From positions 16,556,001-16,620,000 of the forward strand of contig NC_045696.1 in NCBI RefSeq assembly GCF_009834535.1: a DNA stretch of 64,000 nt, written 5' to 3'. Shown piece by piece: positions 60,888 through 64,000 of the stretch. Under the pieces are notes generated by a model, which was not told where the DNA came from, ran no database searches, and was given only the letters and a program-made list of their open reading frames with translations. Within the stretch, counting starts at the first letter, position 1. Each line of letters starts with the position of its first letter. The stretch is from Camelus ferus. Lineage: Eukaryota. A program made the position numbers and the translations under genes.

Positions 60888-62653
60888 TAGTTGTACTTTT
60901 CTTTATATTCTGTCTCCTGTCTTTCTTTCTCTCTCCTTTTTATTGTTACACTGTGTACTTTCAAAGATCTGTTCCTTTTCCTTATTAAAAATTTTAAAAC
61001 TTTAAAGGTTTATGAATACATACACACACACACACACAAACAACAGATGGATCCTTTTTTGAAGTTAGGTTTATAAAAATATAGAGGAACATAACTTGGA
61101 TGGAAATAGATTGATTCCATGAAGTTAGGGATAGAAAGGACAGAGGGAAGAGAATTTGCATACAAGAGAATTTCATATGACATATAAAGTTCAAATTAGT
61201 CCTGTAGGGACTTGTCAGTCCTGAGGACATTTTCTACATAGAGAGGAAACTTACTACTGTATTACTGGTAACCTCCTACGGTACGTCCCAGGACATACCT
61301 ACTCGTTTAGGCTTCTCTGACCCAGTATAATTTACAATCAGAGGGGAATTTCCTTATTTGAAGTCTCATAACTTCAGTGGCTTTCTAAATAGAATTGGGA
61401 GAACCCAGAAAAGTTTTGAAAAAAATTTTAGTTCTTCCTGGTAATTACACATTTTGTTCTGTATGTCATTTGGACTTGAGAAACTCATTACCTCAGGAAC
61501 AAATACAAAACAGTTCTCTGGAAAAATGAATTTGGTTTTAGGTCAACGTCTGGAAAATACTTTTTTTCTCTCCAATGAAAATGTCTGTTCAATACAACTG
61601 AGGAGAGAGACTACAAATATTGCTTTTTATTCATGTGTGTCTCTTTGTAGAAGTGTAATGAAGGTGAAACCTGAGTAATTAAGAATGTGAAATTGATCCG
61701 TGCTTCAATTTTCTTAATATTTAAAGAAGTGTATACTATAGACAGCCATCTAGAAATTTACTTCAATTTTCCACTGACTTTCTTATGTAGAAACAAATAT
61801 TGTCACGTTTCTTTTTTAAAAAGTGAAAAAGTGACAGAGACAAATGTTTCGTGGGTCATTGATTATGAGACTGAGGAAGACCGTGTGTGTGAGTGTAGGC
61901 ATGTAAGAATAAGTGAGAGAGACAGAAAGGAAGGAGAGAAAAAAGATCAGTAGTTAAAGGAGGAGAAAGGAGGGTGTTTGGCAAACAACAAGTGTGCATC
62001 TATGCTTAAAGCATAAACTTTAGTCTAAAATAATGCAAAGTAGAAAAATGACTCTAAGAGAATACTAAGGAGAAAGGGATTGGTGAGGCAGGAGATTGTT
62101 TATAGTAATTTAAAAATTCTAGTTATGTATGTATTTCCTAAGGTACATGAAAAGATTCTGGTCACAAACTTTTAACTCAAGTTATTATTTAGATCTGATT
62201 TTTGTCATTTCCTTTATCTAACTGTCAAGATGATCACACTGTTGATAACAAGGATTCAGTAAAATTAATATAATTATTTGTATTATATTAGTATAATTTT
62301 TAGATTGATGAAGTAGACCAGAACCATTCTCTAAAATGTTTTAAAGTAGTGTAAATTAAATCTATTCAAACATTGTGCCATAAAATAATGAAAAACAGAG
62401 TTGTTGAAGGGAAAGTACCAAGAGAGACAACATTCACAATTTGAAAGTGTTCTCTTCATACTGATAAGACACCGAAATATCTGTTAATACTCTTGTTATC
62501 ATATAAGAAAACCAATTTTCCAGTATAAATCTTTTCAGATTTTCAAAGGTTTAGCTATTTATGCATGACACTGACCTCATTTCTGATGCCCACAGATGTA
62601 TAAAATGTTAATAAACTCATGCATCAACTTTCTCCCTTTCTGGTTCAACTCTT

Positions 62654-62766
62654 TTTTTTTTTTTTTGAGAGTTATGTTTTATTAAGCAGACATTTCTGAG
62701 GACTTGAACCCCTTCGAGCCTGGGATGACAGCCTCCCAGATGGCTCTGAGGGACTGCTCCTCCTTC
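62654..62766 (-). mobile_element. Short polyadenylated retrocopy of an ERV1-type (MER4/MER41-like) LTR 3' portion
   Basis: Minus strand: GGAGCAGTCCCTCAGAGCCATCTGGGAGGCTGTCATCCCAGGCT...AGTCCTCAG...AATAAAACATAACTCTC-(A)15. Perfect TSD ctggttcaactctt at 62640-62653 and 62767-62780. Confidence 0.8.
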
Positions 62767-64000
62767 CTGGTTCAACTCTTAAATTAAAAAAAATTAATTT
62801 TGTTCAGATTAATTGCTGAAGGATCTCAGCATGAGTTTTGAGGCTTTGAAATGTTTTCCAATGTAATTTTATAAAAATAGGAAGTTCGGTTGTGAGTCTC
62901 TTGATGTTTGGAATTAACATACAGGACAACATTTGACCCATCGTAGATAATCAGTAAGTGTTTGTGGAAGAATGAAATGGTCACATTGTCTATTCTAGAT
63001 GGATTGGTTAGCTTCGATTTGCTCCATGAAAACAGACTGCTTCCCTAAACTTATATACTATTTTGCAACTTTCTGCTAAAAGTTATAACTAAACTCAGCC
63101 TTCTTCAGTAATCTGGGTGTACCTGCACCAATCCAACACCAATTCCACAAAAATTGATGTAAAAATTGTCCAAGTCTTTTTCCTCCAGAAAAGTATATCA
63201 TGTGTTTGTTGGCATTTGAATTAAACAGTCATTCACACATAAAAATTAAACTTTGCCGAAGTTTGCAAAATTATAAGTGAAAATCAAACAATCTAATCTT
63301 ATTACCCCTGACTTATTGAATTGAGAACGTAGACAAGCTATGGTGCTGCTGACATTCCGGCCAAGGTTGAGTTCAGTCAATAGTCAATGCCATGAGCATT
63401 GCACATAGAGCGCTGGTTAGAGGGCCACACCCACCACCTACCCCACCTTACCTGAGTAGGCACAGGAGGCACCAGACATGTATGAGAGAAGAGGCTCACA
63501 CCTTGGAGAGGAGCAACGGGGCTCCCACTGTTCCCCTAATTTCTATGTAAAGATAAATTTTGTGATGCATAAAGCCTTAATATTGATACATATCCAAAGA
63601 ATTCTGGTAAACCACTTAAAATGTATATTTTCTAGATTATGAAAATGAACAACTTTTCCTGGAACATAAATTACCTGTTGTTTCAGGAAAGGGAAATAGT
63701 CAATTGTCCTTGAGATGCAGTGTTAGACCTTAACTGATGAGTCCGTGTCTTGTCTCCTAAGGAACGCTTCTAATCTTATTATAAATTATAGAATTTAAAG
63801 AGATTATAAATATCAGTCATTCACTTGTTCTTTAAATCATTCACCAAATATTGAGCATCTTAGTGGGTTTGCACTAGGGGTAGAGAAATCAAAAGGACAG
63901 AAATAGCCTGTTTTCATGGGATGAACATGAAAAAGTTCCTATACATAAAAAATTGTTACGAAGGAAAAGCTTAAGACTACCATTGGAAGTAAGAGTTGGA

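Noticed and set aside
1..64000. CRISPR array, operon, CpG-island promoter, rRNA or snRNA genes
   Set aside because: None seen: no regularly spaced repeats, no long ORFs, and CpG is depleted throughout.

Overview
AT-rich, CpG-poor, repeat-dense mammalian DNA, most likely camelid (camel, alpaca or llama). The evidence is a tRNA-derived SINE with Vic-1 structure at 3124-3250 and many young artiodactyl-type L1 3' ends. I recognise no intact host protein-coding gene, so the window reads as intergenic or deep intronic; nearly all ORFs in the track are repeat-derived or chance. Well-supported content: a processed RPL7 pseudogene (43957-44728), about a dozen 5'-truncated L1 insertions with visible target-site duplications (TSDs; two are 5'-inverted), the 5' part of a Tigger1, MER-type hAT elements, MLT1/MLT2/LTR33-type LTRs (some nested), MIR/L2 relics and long microsatellites. 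The two most unusual observations are (1) a very decayed pol-like relic at about 44900-47180 whose motifs run Gypsy-type RNase H/tether, then a second RNase H, then an integrase zinc finger, and (2) a ~110-bp polyadenylated, TSD-flanked copy of an ERV LTR R-region at 62654-62766, which could belong to an LTR-derived SINE-like family. Repeat subfamily names come from my recall of consensus sequences, not from a search; boundaries without TSDs are approximate.
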